Shown here piece after piece: positions 31,401 to 39,157 of a stretch of DNA of 64,000 nt (its first letter is position 1; each line of letters starts with the position of its first letter). A program made the translations under genes and the position numbers. The notes below the pieces were generated by a model that was given only the letters and a program-made list of their open reading frames with translations, had not been told where the DNA came from and made no database searches. Source of the DNA: a virus. The DNA lies in IMG/VR virus record IMGVR_UViG_3300027710_000023. One strand, written 5' to 3'.

Positions 31401-32357
31401 CTTAACTACGCAGCAAGACATGTACTTGAGTTGTTACAGAAACCTTTAGTACATCAAGGTGAAGAAGTATGGCAAGAAATTGTACGTATGGCTAAAGATA
31501 CTATTGTTGTTAAGACAGGTGCTACTTTAGTTGGTAACGTTATCTCTAACTTTGCAGTACTGATGACTGAAGGTGTTTCTTTCAGTGATATTCTTAAGTA
31601 CCACTCTATTGCATGGAAAGGTGCTAATAAATACCAGAAAGATAAAAACAAGTTGGATAGTTTGAAGTTGGAATTGGAAAACAAAAATAATCTGTCTGTT
31701 ACTGAAGCTGCCAAGATGAAACGTGAGATTGCTTTACTGGAAAACAGTATTAGCACAAACCCAGTTTATTCATTGGTTCAAGAAGGTATTTATCAGACGA
31801 TTGTTGAAGATGTGGACATGGATGAGGATACATTCAGTTATCAGAGTAAATTGGAAAAGGTAACTTATCCACTTACATCTAAAATACCTGATGTTATCAA
31901 AGACATGAGTAAGATTCTGTTTGTAACACATGATACGCAACTTTATAAAGCAATGCGTAATGCTACACAGATTAGTGACTTTGTTGCTCGGTTTACGTTG
32001 CATCAACACAACTTAACCAAACAAAAAATGAGTGAGGAAGATTCTATCAATAATATTGTAGAAACATTTGTTAACTATGACTTACCAACACATAAGAGTA
32101 TTCAGTATCTGAATGACATGGGTTTAGTTATGTTTAGTAAGTTCTTTATACGTATTCAGAAAGTTATCCTAAGACAGTTAACAGAAAGAACTGGTAACGT
32201 GTTGTCATTGTTCTTAGTGCAACAAATCTTAGGAATAAACATTGCTGATATATTTGATGGTGCAGTTGTGATGCCAAATACGATTGAAGCTAAGTTTGCT
32301 GATCCATTGGATCATGTAGACACTTTATTTGGGATTCACCTTTTTAACAACATCTGA
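22437..32357 (+). CDS. virion-encapsidated RNA polymerase (N4 vRNAP-like giant protein, 3306 aa)
   Basis: Single 9.9-kb ORF. The central region carries T7-like RNAP motif-C-like VHDAIGS and LFESDGVANG. Size and position match the N4 gp50 class. Confidence 0.7.
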   Translation: MENNTPQTGEELRQLLLTEGNTPTRESKVVIGSQTKQQQLQNTTNKQISVSNASTNKQIKLKQETDPTVPVNTDLVSYVDFAKSFPEGTSLIDIDVEYLRNQRATNERKQAEINQNYERKRDRSVSEIASDTGLSLAKNASLIGEAALGFADLAGSGATDNFGNKLNRAMGAVLGKDTAIPKAEDLDKQMSTKVQAQQKNIQDRVAAVKRANETATAALGDKATWWDTASSVGSELSENLVALVDNPSALADVALSSALAFTVPAAVSKGLTKAAIKNAKPEDIAELIASGKLDKLGEAGAVIGTAGLEGFSQAYSEKEKVLETDPSALRETSPKFRELEDKYGTDKAKQMIADSVFQSNLGLTAVLAGVASKVTGAAKLEKDLFVGSDTLTAIGKEALEESLQSASSNTVANLTEKTYVDKNQTLTENLGSAVATGLAGAVVSTAALSGTANAGSVLADKVDKGLAKVQDQATKLANAQQINTEVMEAATTGNFDKLTSNTNFSMEEKINMLLSDDVIGKVPVEQQAKIAEFAGNYYASLEAEDKDKLSTEQQELSQTTELVKNKIVKDQIDPIIGDLENIDDEKEGTIVRALGSSPNSFTQDQLIQLAPVVSESTRSIVDAQIEANKAIEEVEAIPRKATQQVNQDVIKGGKGFLGLNDYRRRFEAAIGTGNVEAATKAADMLANLATLQAGKAADMTALMKLHNSEGNSQRYQEATKNYQTKYNLKPTDSIHRGSDKSGMVSLVVSEAKALNKAHKVMAAVLGHQSGKPVQALKAPKATVIPEAVKEPVAVAKPQPGIPMGEPKEASVATPVPAPVEEAKPVASSEAATATEAKADETTEPVKKELSEAEEYADSFSNETKPEKPTTPPIHISMKEREDRQREVNKKKKRLQKKLEQKEEALKKAEERKNEIRDLVNKDVVQPVNEAIKATGNYGNKTKLRDSLVKFGNDVFTALKTKGIAEARKRVGNYARGAKDALNRTVDMIETDSDYVAGANAVKKVFAFKANKSIITNKIYDNGIARFFNTVDKNTLFNTTGNLIEAIQERSDEFGVQSNSSQEVLDNFVDFHKKFKASVEKLFKAPYTEKAMVVNNNFMGYFTNAEGKLDDAMVTAMAGVAYNYMTESASDLIDNDDDAIRNILNMEDEEEVSPQIRNAMRYVGITLNVVAESMGDQLVSSIGLKYKTNISEAEEATMSASLGTFIVSMLEDAGLMKLTSYGRDAYLEMGFDEATIDKFLPEKLSGYLQVHYIRPVTQMWTATDEATGKSFEYEDLIESVVKSKDLLRAEKDDPDNMIEGFKPVINNIFDIEPLDKEPLLVQPKEQGKKVKRSRQSQSVKQNQAINKMSQEPWQLADTFESYNKLSVEAKQAIAGFATEEEIAHAHVSKRETMAANNKSITRVIKKFDDFVKNADGKDFYLPVEVWKNLRMGYKSSTINPQTNKMIRRLIGLKNGNKTVDLTNDAHIKTFRMALMEAFDIKLKWENIQNDDALNAKLTIPEVKAAVDMLVAGNMSEQVLVNAVKKLGTNYHAYHGLIAYAKSVNNKVFETDLLFESDGVANGVAISLWQFAGARTKEQFKQAMQRTGVYENNEYGSYLEYQAQQGNMDSYQVLASRWGAAVNELKGYISKSDIEYTTLFAKFKTEKGTAKKLGYLINFFGSNEKALEGVNAITSLVGDLTNTLGEVEKLGRDMAKSPTMTSIYNAGLDSILDKVSDGIIERMYDQLENDVNKGTNNKERIVKALNVLFNANFDMDSPLEWQLSNIKDKYTITTMEGKQIKVTAEEGLKHVIAMVYGPTLDNAMYSVYGRLLDNRQTANQAITYAFRVFKEIYDIEEKNKLAELGVSSLSKDQRDELINQLKPYWPVLATPTSKDNSEGILLFKEKKRKGYKTDAKAKAFAVVQEYAGKIGSNGNKQRTVNASAIALEEPGASGIPTAVQMLDAHTMFGALSEVVGLNVHDAIGSTIADADNNTTAINKAYNQMVMGNYNIETSVELMLDNAIKAAQAYGIEDKLNRMTDRYDQTLNPTEVKDQIELNIEMSNKLRSSLKVSTISQYDKPNGAYLTGNSVIDTDEVVVEEVVQDVFKEMKDLLGSQDVTKGTEDFSQAQTYNATVDNSMDIFNQLETLGSVEDNTEHKEHLRSVLSEMINKVLQPTLVVLGTVDEATRGRFMQDVNGKRQIEIATSVGDFEYGLSAQEVYVHEMIHNIIGHALSSGAVEVKRITAMFNAVKDLVDSGDITYKDFLSLDQAGNTISNPTQEQIDDATDRLNYIFNNTTVRVRKITDPATGIVTTTKTNSALEEFVAFGTTNAAFMKALNKPNVLMALKTKLRPEHSKTKSNTWLIQKFDSIVNALLDMIQFAMDKLTDRVLNIAGKKVDAQLATLVSALAGVQVKHQSKVMQGIDAVLAFSTASTAKLKAWVVAPIVAAANSSRFKNSKNTVVRVTTKAIAVAGNSKAGTWAKALRQTRSRLNMTQDNFALSLAQEIAGVTSKNKHWHKLLRLSNKHIDQLRKHVATTVKNTLNEQYSYTLNKEEKAAITKAVLKTDLTALLEYGYTYDEIYDLLKDESKLTKVIEDKQALIKKTYTQGVGRWVLDQSTGLSNKMITGTEIRGNQGLNAYQIANGFGNPIIKKRMQDNKVDNNQLEKDVDELVTLMALNLVDSKVKANVVSIFDKEVASGKTLNNNGLSFTMEHHRNYKVDSRNENFDGNPALMRKGYVKEITDPNIAVQVVDVTDFVKIAELVKAGYKPTQQYIYGDVRDPNGSKMEIYRNTAAKLATNSAGIVSLTSKQSMGTDILDGFVNKDTMSTNIGLDAYLNIQAINKDMEIASNVGMTASGNTKTVLLTPVFNLDGDVVNYRYEMSDANKEKLLKRHNSFDDILSGMTAQIKDKANTKTINSVVVETLKQEFDAEFVKSPKEFVLVGINSTDPAMKELWFTLPEEMRIEATKLFGTKGLYVKKKDLRLIFGFRKFTVGEWAEKLQEQSKVQNKMLNYAARHVLELLQKPLVHQGEEVWQEIVRMAKDTIVVKTGATLVGNVISNFAVLMTEGVSFSDILKYHSIAWKGANKYQKDKNKLDSLKLELENKNNLSVTEAAKMKREIALLENSISTNPVYSLVQEGIYQTIVEDVDMDEDTFSYQSKLEKVTYPLTSKIPDVIKDMSKILFVTHDTQLYKAMRNATQISDFVARFTLHQHNLTKQKMSEEDSINNIVETFVNYDLPTHKSIQYLNDMGLVMFSKFFIRIQKVILRQLTERTGNVLSLFLVQQILGINIADIFDGAVVMPNTIEAKFADPLDHVDTLFGIHLFNNI

Positions 32358-32525
32358 TTTGTATTCGATGTACTGGGTTACAAGGAAGTAACCTATTAAG
32401 AAGATAGTTATTGCTACACCAATGTAAGCAGCAACCCATATAGCAGCAAGTATAGCGGCTATCAGTAAAACGATAGCCACTCCACCAAAAATACCAAGAA
32501 TTATCTTCCTGATAGTTTTAATCAT
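32325..32525 (-). CDS. small hydrophobic membrane protein
   Basis: 66 aa, almost entirely TM helix. Its ATG overlaps the upstream stop (ATGA). Overlaps the 3' end of the giant gene on the opposite strand. Confidence 0.3.
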   Translation of the reverse strand: MIKTIRKIILGIFGGVAIVLLIAAILAAIWVAAYIGVAITIFLIGYFLVTQYIEYKSDVVKKVNPK

Positions 32526-32869
32526 TGTTGTGGTACTAACCGAGCAATACGTAAACCTAATGCTTGGCGATACTCACGCATAGCCTGGATTTGGTTTTGT
32601 AATTGACGATGATCAATAGAATCTCGGTCTAAGTTAACTACATAAGCGTTTGCTTTAATAATACGCTCTTCTAGTTCAGACATTTCATCTAACATACGTT
32701 GTTGCCAATCTTCAAGAACAACTGGTGATTCTTGATCACCAACATCATCAGATTGAGTAACTTGCATAGTTACAGTTTCTTCTGCACCTTCAAGAGCAGG
32801 ATCAACAGTAACTACTGTAGTTGGTTCAGTTTTGTTTACTGTGTCAACTTGTTTAGTTTCTTCAGGCAT
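32522..32869 (-). CDS. hypothetical acidic protein
   Basis: 115 aa with an acidic N-terminus and a helical C-terminus. Confidence 0.4.
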   Translation of the reverse strand: MPEETKQVDTVNKTEPTTVVTVDPALEGAEETVTMQVTQSDDVGDQESPVVLEDWQQRMLDEMSELEERIIKANAYVVNLDRDSIDHRQLQNQIQAMREYRQALGLRIARLVPQQ

Positions 32870-32896
32870 TACTTGTACTCCAACAAATTAAAGATA

Positions 32897-32930
32897 CAAA
32901 AAAGCCGCAATTAAGCGGCTTCTTCGTTTA
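32897..32930. terminator. terminator hairpin (serves the minus strand; T-rich on both sides)
   Basis: agccgc aatta agcggct flanked by aaaaaa upstream and ttcgtttattt downstream. Confidence 0.5.
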
Positions 32931-32938
32931 TTTGCTTA

Positions 32939-33208
32939 TTAAGCAAATGCGTCTTCTGGTTCTACTTTAGCAGCAGCAGGAGCTTCTACAGCAGCTTCAG
33001 TAGCTTCAGCTGAGTCAGTTGCTTCTGATTCAACTTCATCGGCTTCCAGAGCTTCACCGATAACGATTTCAGCAGTCAGGCCATTACCTTTACGACCTTT
33101 GGTGAATACGACTTGAGCAGTTTGAACTGCATCACCACCAACACCCAGACCAGCAACATAACCAACCAGAGCAGCTTGAATTTCAGTTTGTTTCAGAGTA
33201 ATACGCAT
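32939..33208 (-). CDS. hypothetical small protein with an acidic Ala/Glu-rich tail
   Basis: 89-aa ORF. Confidence 0.4.
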   Translation of the reverse strand: MRITLKQTEIQAALVGYVAGLGVGGDAVQTAQVVFTKGRKGNGLTAEIVIGEALEADEVESEATDSAEATEAAVEAPAAAKVEPEDAFA

Positions 33209-33219
33209 GATGTTTTCCT

Positions 33220-33777
33220 TTATTTACTTAAGAGTATTGTTTTGAACTCATCGGTAGATATACCAGCTTTGATTGCTGCCATTGCATCTGCCATGTGTTC
33301 GTTGTTGTCGATAAGTATATTATCGCCGTTGGATGTACGAGTCAACCATTTTAATTGAGAATTTTGAGAAAAAGCCCAATTAATCATTTCTCGCTTGGTA
33401 GCTTTCTTGTTATCGGTAGCTGCAAGCTTTACCTCTATCGGTGTAACCTGAATAAGTGGTTTACCAATAGAAGCAAGAAGACCAATACAAATTCCATAAG
33501 AAGCCATTGCACGAGCTGTTTGACTACCTACAGGAATCTCTACACAAACAATGTCAAATCTGTCTACAAATTTAGTTAAGGCTTTGAAGTGATCACGAGC
33601 CAAATCTAAATCTATGCTGTTTTGACGCACTGTTTTTTTCTTTGAGGGTTTGGCAGGACTGTTTAACGCTATCGACGTATATACCAGTTCCTGCGTGTCT
33701 AAATCGAATGTGGCAGCGGCATAACCAAAGTTATTCATGCTTGGGTCAATACCTAAGATCTTTAGTGTACGGGCCAT
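33220..33777 (-). CDS. RuvC-like Holliday-junction resolvase
   Basis: ILGIDPS...FGYA N-terminal motif. VCVEIPVGSQ. HMADAMAAI. Spacing of these acidic residues is typical of the RuvC/RNase H fold. Confidence 0.6.
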   Translation of the reverse strand: MARTLKILGIDPSMNNFGYAAATFDLDTQELVYTSIALNSPAKPSKKKTVRQNSIDLDLARDHFKALTKFVDRFDIVCVEIPVGSQTARAMASYGICIGLLASIGKPLIQVTPIEVKLAATDNKKATKREMINWAFSQNSQLKWLTRTSNGDNILIDNNEHMADAMAAIKAGISTDEFKTILLSK

Positions 33778-33789
33778 ACGTCACCATAA

Positions 33790-33814
33790 ATAAAAAAGCC
33801 CCAATAAAGGGGCT
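33790..33814 (-). terminator. rho-independent terminator after the SSB gene
   Basis: On the minus strand, agcccc tttatt ggggct followed by tttttt. Confidence 0.6.
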
Positions 33815-33832
33815 AGGATTGACTAGGATCGA

Positions 33833-34579
33833 TTAATCACCAAACAGGTCTTCAGCAGGTTCAGTAGCACCACCAGCAGCAGGTAAGACTGCTTTAGTGG
33901 CTTTACCGTTCTTACGAAGTTCCTTAGATTCCTTCGATTCTTTGTCAATTACCTTGTCTTTGTTCTTTTCTAACCATTTACCAGCAAAAGAAGCTTCTGA
34001 GTTACCTAACATCTCAGTTACTGTCTTTTTGGTAGCAGCATCAAAGAACTTTGTGATTTCGTTCTGTTCACGGGTTTCACCGGTAGGGAAATACTTACCA
34101 CCGTTACCTTTCTCAGACTTATCTACAATTTGTTGTTCTACAGCAATACCAACTTCAGCATTGTGCAGTTCAACAAAACAATCTACAGCAGTTGGTACTT
34201 CTTTCTGTTGGGTAGAATCCCACAGAGATAAAGTACGTTTTTCTGTAGTTAATTCGCGATAACTGTTTTTACTAGTTACTAATTTAACTAAAGCGTTAAA
34301 CATCATGACAGAAGGCATTGCTTTCTTTTCTGATGTTTTTTTGTCAATGTAAAAGTCTTCTTTCTTAGCATTAGTAATGTAAGAAGTTTGACGAATGTTT
34401 TTACCTTCGATATTTGCACTAATGTTTACAGCAATGGCACCAGAAGCAGATGCAGATAACCATACTGCTTCTAATTTACCAACATAGATGTTAGTAGGGA
34501 ATAAAGAACGACCACCTAAGACATCTTTGTCTTCTGTTTTAACTGATGCATCTGATTGAATGGTATTTAATAAACTCAT
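33833..34579 (-). CDS. single-stranded DNA-binding protein
   Basis: 248 aa with an acidic C-terminal tail EPAEDLFGD typical of SSB interaction tails. Position matches N4 gp45. Confidence 0.5.
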   Translation of the reverse strand: MSLLNTIQSDASVKTEDKDVLGGRSLFPTNIYVGKLEAVWLSASASGAIAVNISANIEGKNIRQTSYITNAKKEDFYIDKKTSEKKAMPSVMMFNALVKLVTSKNSYRELTTEKRTLSLWDSTQQKEVPTAVDCFVELHNAEVGIAVEQQIVDKSEKGNGGKYFPTGETREQNEITKFFDAATKKTVTEMLGNSEASFAGKWLEKNKDKVIDKESKESKELRKNGKATKAVLPAAGGATEPAEDLFGD

Positions 34580-34605
34580 GGTAATATTCTCTTATTGGTT
34601 CAAAA

Positions 34606-35343
34606 TTATTGTGCAGCAGAAGTATCTGCGTAGTATGAATCTAAACGATCCAGTACAATTTGTAAATCGTTATCAATGTAGGTTTCTTTACGATCCCACA
34701 TAGCTAAAGGAGAGCGAATACGTTCACCTACACTGTTTTTGGTTAAACGTGTTTGGTAAACATACTTAAAGCCATCAATTTCTTCATCTTCAGTGATTTT
34801 GAGATTATCATTCTCATAACCCACTAAGTTACGTAAAGGTACTTTTTTAGTACCTAATACAGTAGTAAATGAAGCTTCAACACCGTTGTTCATGATAGAG
34901 CCTTTGAGTTTTACATAAGTCTCTAAGATTTGCTCAAGCTCATTCATAACATCTACTGTGTGGGCTAAGAAGATTACTTTCTTAGTTGATTTAGCTACTT
35001 TATCTTGCATCAAGTTACTGATGAAGAATTGTGCGTAATCACCCCAAGCTTTTTGTGTGTTATTACTGTTAAGTACATATTGAGATTCATACATACCCAT
35101 AAGGAATGTCAAAGTATCAATAATAATGGTATGTACTTCTGGTTTAGTTTCTGCTTTATCAAAACCAGTAAGTACTTGCATTGGATCAGTAATAGTAATA
35201 CAACGAAATAAAGGTTTAAATGGTAATGCTTTATTGTTTTCACAGTTAAAGTACCATACACCTTGCGGATCACGTAAGTTACGTAACGACATTGATTTAC
35301 CGGTAGCAGACTTACCTGCAATCAATACAATTTTATAGTTCAT
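34606..35343 (-). CDS. AAA_24 / Sak4-like RecA-fold ATPase
   Basis: Walker A IAGKSATGKS. Walker B IIIDTLT. Length is about 245 aa. Confidence 0.5.
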   Translation of the reverse strand: MNYKIVLIAGKSATGKSMSLRNLRDPQGVWYFNCENNKALPFKPLFRCITITDPMQVLTGFDKAETKPEVHTIIIDTLTFLMGMYESQYVLNSNNTQKAWGDYAQFFISNLMQDKVAKSTKKVIFLAHTVDVMNELEQILETYVKLKGSIMNNGVEASFTTVLGTKKVPLRNLVGYENDNLKITEDEEIDGFKYVYQTRLTKNSVGERIRSPLAMWDRKETYIDNDLQIVLDRLDSYYADTSAAQ

Positions 35344-35351
35344 GGATTATC

Positions 35352-37517
35352 CTATGGGTTATCACGTTTAGCTAATGCTTTACGTACAGAAACAAAAATA
35401 GTACGAGCTATCTCAGTTACATCAAGTTTATCTTGGATTTTTTCATTTAATGACAGAATACCGTTCTCAACTTTCTGTTGAGATAAACCTGCTTCAACTA
35501 ACATGTAACCATACTTGATTAATTGGTTACTACGATTACCTTCACCAGTGTTATTGATAAACCAACGTTCTAAGTTAGTAAAGTTTGTTTGACCTTCTAA
35601 CTTGTTACGACGTTCATCGTTCTTAGCTGTTTTAGGAATAAACGGCAATACATCAAACATTTTACCATCGTTGTGATAAACAATACCGTTAGCATTAGTC
35701 ATCCACTTTCTTGCACGTTGAGCAGTCTGTTCATCCGATTCAAATGGCAACCATTGGAATACGTTTGACATAAACTCTTTGTACTCAACATCTGTAAGCT
35801 TAAGTACATGGCTCATTGGGAAAATGATACGATAGCGGTCAATACCGTTGTTGTTTTCGTTATGTCGTTTAGTTGTGTAAAGTAAGTAGGTGTATTCCTT
35901 AAATAACTCTTGGAATGTCTTAATGGCAAAGCCTTTATCAACATCAAGAATCAGTAAGTTAAAACCTTGGATTGCATTGTTTTCTTGACGATGTTCATCA
36001 ATAAATGCATGATTTGTAAAATGCAAATCAGGTTTCAGTACAAACTTCTGTAATTGATCGAAACGAACAGTAACTGGTTTATAGTCTTTAGCAAAGTCAT
36101 TACTATAAGACAATGTGACTTTATCAATGGTGGTTTCTTTTAGAGATTCCCCACGAATAAACTCAATACCATCTAAGTAACTACGTTTGATAATGATGTT
36201 ATTTTTGTAACCATATGCAGTAGCAAGACTCATTAATTCCTGTTTCTGCGCAGCGGAGCCGCGATAGTATGGTAAGTCATCTACTAAATCAGCTTGAGTT
36301 AAATCTTGCTCACATGAAGCAATATAACGAGCTAACTTAACATAAGGACGATCACGAGACATCATTTGTTCAAATGCTTTACCTGACTCTTCTGCAAGCT
36401 TAATAGCTGCATACAAGTGGTCTTCTGTAATCTCTGGAGCACCATCAATAAACGCATATGCACCAGCAAGCTTAAGTGCTTTAAAATAACGGTGATTGAT
36501 TTCTGCTTTACGGATTTCATCATGTTCAGGTAAGGTTTCTGCTAACTCTTCACATCTTAACTTATATTCGATATAAGCTAAGGTAACATTCTGGTCTACC
36601 AATAATGTTTTGTTAAAGTTCATGATGTCAGCTAAATCAAGTAACTGTACAGATAAGTCAGTTAGGAACTGATCATTACCGGGGTCAGTCATCATAGCTA
36701 AGATTTCTTGAGCAGTTTTCTTACCTGTCTTTTTGTTATCACGAGTATAACCAAAGAAACAGCGACGACCAAAGCCAGTATCTAACATTGTAACTAATTC
36801 AGCTTCTACTTTACCGCCATCGAATAATTTAGATGGAGTACCATATAACATCATGTTAGTTGGTGTACGACCATCAATTTCTTCTGCACGAGTGTTCTCA
36901 GCAGTATTTTTGGTAAGTTTTTGTTTAATACGACCTACATCGTACAATTCAAGAAATGTATTTAATACATCTACGTTACCAAGTAAGTTAGAACCGATTT
37001 CATCAATTTCAAGATTAACTGAACCAGCTGTAGCCATTAATAGCTTATGACGCATCTGTTTGATAGCAGCAGGTGTACCACTGTCAAAACTGAATACCAT
37101 AGTACCAGCGTTCTCGTATTCTTTCTCTACTTTGATGATTTCTGTATCAGGATCAGATAATCCTTTCTTATTGGCTCGCTTTGCAGCTAAATTACGTAAA
37201 CTGGTTTCACAGATTAACGGTAAAGTTTCTTCTAAGAATCTTTCACGAAATAGAGAGATAACTTGTTCTTCCATTACGTTAGTACTTAAACCTTTACCAT
37301 AACCTGATGTGGCAAGGTTAATTGCGTACATATTGACAGGAATTTTACCTCTGTCTTTAGTAGCAATATCACAGCGCATAAATGATGCAATTTTAGACCA
37401 GTAATAGCCAACCAGTATTCTGAAGAACAATGGATTACTATTTTGAGTCTTTTGACATAAGATTTGCGCTAGTTGTTCACTTACTGGGTGATGTGCAACC
37501 GTACTTAAATCTTTCAT
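35352..37517 (-). CDS. primase-like replication protein (N4 gp43-sized)
   Basis: 721 aa. The C-terminal half contains an hhhDhD motif LLILDVDKG resembling AEP primase motif I. Position in the replication module. Confidence 0.4.
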   Translation of the reverse strand: MKDLSTVAHHPVSEQLAQILCQKTQNSNPLFFRILVGYYWSKIASFMRCDIATKDRGKIPVNMYAINLATSGYGKGLSTNVMEEQVISLFRERFLEETLPLICETSLRNLAAKRANKKGLSDPDTEIIKVEKEYENAGTMVFSFDSGTPAAIKQMRHKLLMATAGSVNLEIDEIGSNLLGNVDVLNTFLELYDVGRIKQKLTKNTAENTRAEEIDGRTPTNMMLYGTPSKLFDGGKVEAELVTMLDTGFGRRCFFGYTRDNKKTGKKTAQEILAMMTDPGNDQFLTDLSVQLLDLADIMNFNKTLLVDQNVTLAYIEYKLRCEELAETLPEHDEIRKAEINHRYFKALKLAGAYAFIDGAPEITEDHLYAAIKLAEESGKAFEQMMSRDRPYVKLARYIASCEQDLTQADLVDDLPYYRGSAAQKQELMSLATAYGYKNNIIIKRSYLDGIEFIRGESLKETTIDKVTLSYSNDFAKDYKPVTVRFDQLQKFVLKPDLHFTNHAFIDEHRQENNAIQGFNLLILDVDKGFAIKTFQELFKEYTYLLYTTKRHNENNNGIDRYRIIFPMSHVLKLTDVEYKEFMSNVFQWLPFESDEQTAQRARKWMTNANGIVYHNDGKMFDVLPFIPKTAKNDERRNKLEGQTNFTNLERWFINNTGEGNRSNQLIKYGYMLVEAGLSQQKVENGILSLNEKIQDKLDVTEIARTIFVSVRKALAKRDNP

Positions 37518-37637
37518 ATTGGGATTACTCTTAGTACTCTGAGTGTTGATATGTTTTGTACTTGGCTCAAAAACCTATGAGCCAAGGGGTGATATTTAAT
37601 CACTATAAGGGTACTTAGGCCAAGGGTTTTTTAAGGT

Positions 37638-38633
37638 TTATACCTCTAGTGATCCATCGAATATGAGGCGGTCTTTTTGCTTGCATTCTGAGAACGCAGA
37701 GCAGTATAGACAGGCTTTGACCTTACCCTTGACCTCATCTACTACCCCTACATGTCCGTCCTCAGCAAGCTTCGCATAGGCGTCTTGGTAGTTGTCAAAA
37801 TTCTTGGTAGAGCGTGTTTTCTTTTCCGGGTTTTTGTAATACTTGAATACCGGTTCACTACGCCAAAGTTCTTCTTCAGTACATTCAGGTAATGCTTCTT
37901 CTGGAGCTTCCCAAAGTTCTTCTAATAAATCTAACTTGGTAGTAATGAAGCTTTGTGTGTGATTTAAAGATAATAATGGTATTTTTTGAGAATACAGTTG
38001 TGATGGTGGATAATCAGGTTGAAACGATTGAGCTGCACTAAAATCAGTAAAGACAAAGTGAATTAACATTGTATCTTTAGTGAATGTAGGAATAGGTTGT
38101 CCAGCATCAATCCAACGATACATACTACCTTGTAATGCGTAATCATCTGTCTTACGTGCTTTAATATACGTATATACAGATGTTGACTTAAGGTCTTGTA
38201 CTTCACCATCAAACAAGATGTCATATTGACCTGTTACAGTCCAGCCATTAACCTGACGTTCTTTGCGTTGCTCAAAGTAAAGAGGAATGCAATCTTCATC
38301 ACTTGGATCAGGATTAATCTTTACTTTAGCAATAACACGATCAGGATAACCTAATGACTTGAGTGTTGTAGGTAATGTTGATGATTTCCATGCATTTTCA
38401 AGTGCAAGGTGTAATGCATGACCAATTTGTGATTTAGCTAATGAAGCAACATCAGTTGGTACTTCGGTTTTAACAACACGACTGGATAAAATAATCTGTC
38501 GTACTGGTTTTAATAAAGTAGTAACACTAATTGTTTTTGGGCCAACAGGTGCAGAGTAATCACGATGTGCTAACCATACAGCTAATACGGTATGTATTCC
38601 TGTTTGGTTAGTATAAATAGTATTGTTTGACAT
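37638..38633 (-). CDS. PD-(D/E)XK nuclease with Cas4-like Cys cluster
   Basis: YDILFDGEVQDLKS (D...E.K motif). C-terminal CLYCSAFSEC (Cx2Cx5C). Confidence 0.5.
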   Translation of the reverse strand: MSNNTIYTNQTGIHTVLAVWLAHRDYSAPVGPKTISVTTLLKPVRQIILSSRVVKTEVPTDVASLAKSQIGHALHLALENAWKSSTLPTTLKSLGYPDRVIAKVKINPDPSDEDCIPLYFEQRKERQVNGWTVTGQYDILFDGEVQDLKSTSVYTYIKARKTDDYALQGSMYRWIDAGQPIPTFTKDTMLIHFVFTDFSAAQSFQPDYPPSQLYSQKIPLLSLNHTQSFITTKLDLLEELWEAPEEALPECTEEELWRSEPVFKYYKNPEKKTRSTKNFDNYQDAYAKLAEDGHVGVVDEVKGKVKACLYCSAFSECKQKDRLIFDGSLEV

Positions 38634-38671
38634 AGGTTTCTCCTTAAAGTCACACTGTTCGCCGTAGGCGA

Positions 38672-39157
38672 TTACAAATCAGGGGTATTTGTTTCTTCTA
38701 TTGCAGTTTGAATAATTTTTTGCATTTTTTCAGTAATGAATTTACGACAATGCTTAATGATAGCAGTTGTTTGATCACTAAAGAAGTTTTCTAAACGAAT
38801 GTTAATTTCTGCTTTAAATTGATTTAAAGCTTCTTCTTCCATTTCAGCAAATAGTTCTTTAGCAGTACTTCTAATTTGTTGATTAATAAGTTGTGTAACA
38901 TAATCTTTAATGTTTTCTCTAGCTTTATCAGATAAACCGCATGTGGTGTAAGCACTACCGGAAGTTTGATTTTTTAAAACATCAATAAATTGTTTTTTAA
39001 TAAATTGTTCATGTACATATGCTTCTAAATCAGCTGTAGGAGCCATACGATCTACAATTTGATTAATAGCATATTGCTTAATTTCTAAAAATGCTTCTGT
39101 TCCCGGTGGAAACAATCTTTCTAAAGCAGCGCCGTTTAATACTAATCTTGCGTCCAT
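38672..39157 (-). CDS. hypothetical protein
   Basis: 161-aa ORF. Confidence 0.4.
   Translation of the reverse strand: MDARLVLNGAALERLFPPGTEAFLEIKQYAINQIVDRMAPTADLEAYVHEQFIKKQFIDVLKNQTSGSAYTTCGLSDKARENIKDYVTQLINQQIRSTAKELFAEMEEEALNQFKAEINIRLENFFSDQTTAIIKHCRKFITEKMQKIIQTAIEETNTPDL

Noticed and set aside
22784-31756. Numerous 60-130-aa minus-strand ORFs inside the giant polymerase gene
   Set aside because: They are shadow ORFs on the antisense strand of a long, clearly coding frame. None has an RBS or coherent composition.
33897-34262. Plus-strand ORF antisense to the SSB gene
   Set aside because: It is a shadow ORF with no RBS. The SSB frame is strongly supported.
36853-37302. Two plus-strand ORFs antisense to the primase-like gene
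   Set aside because: They are shadow ORFs.
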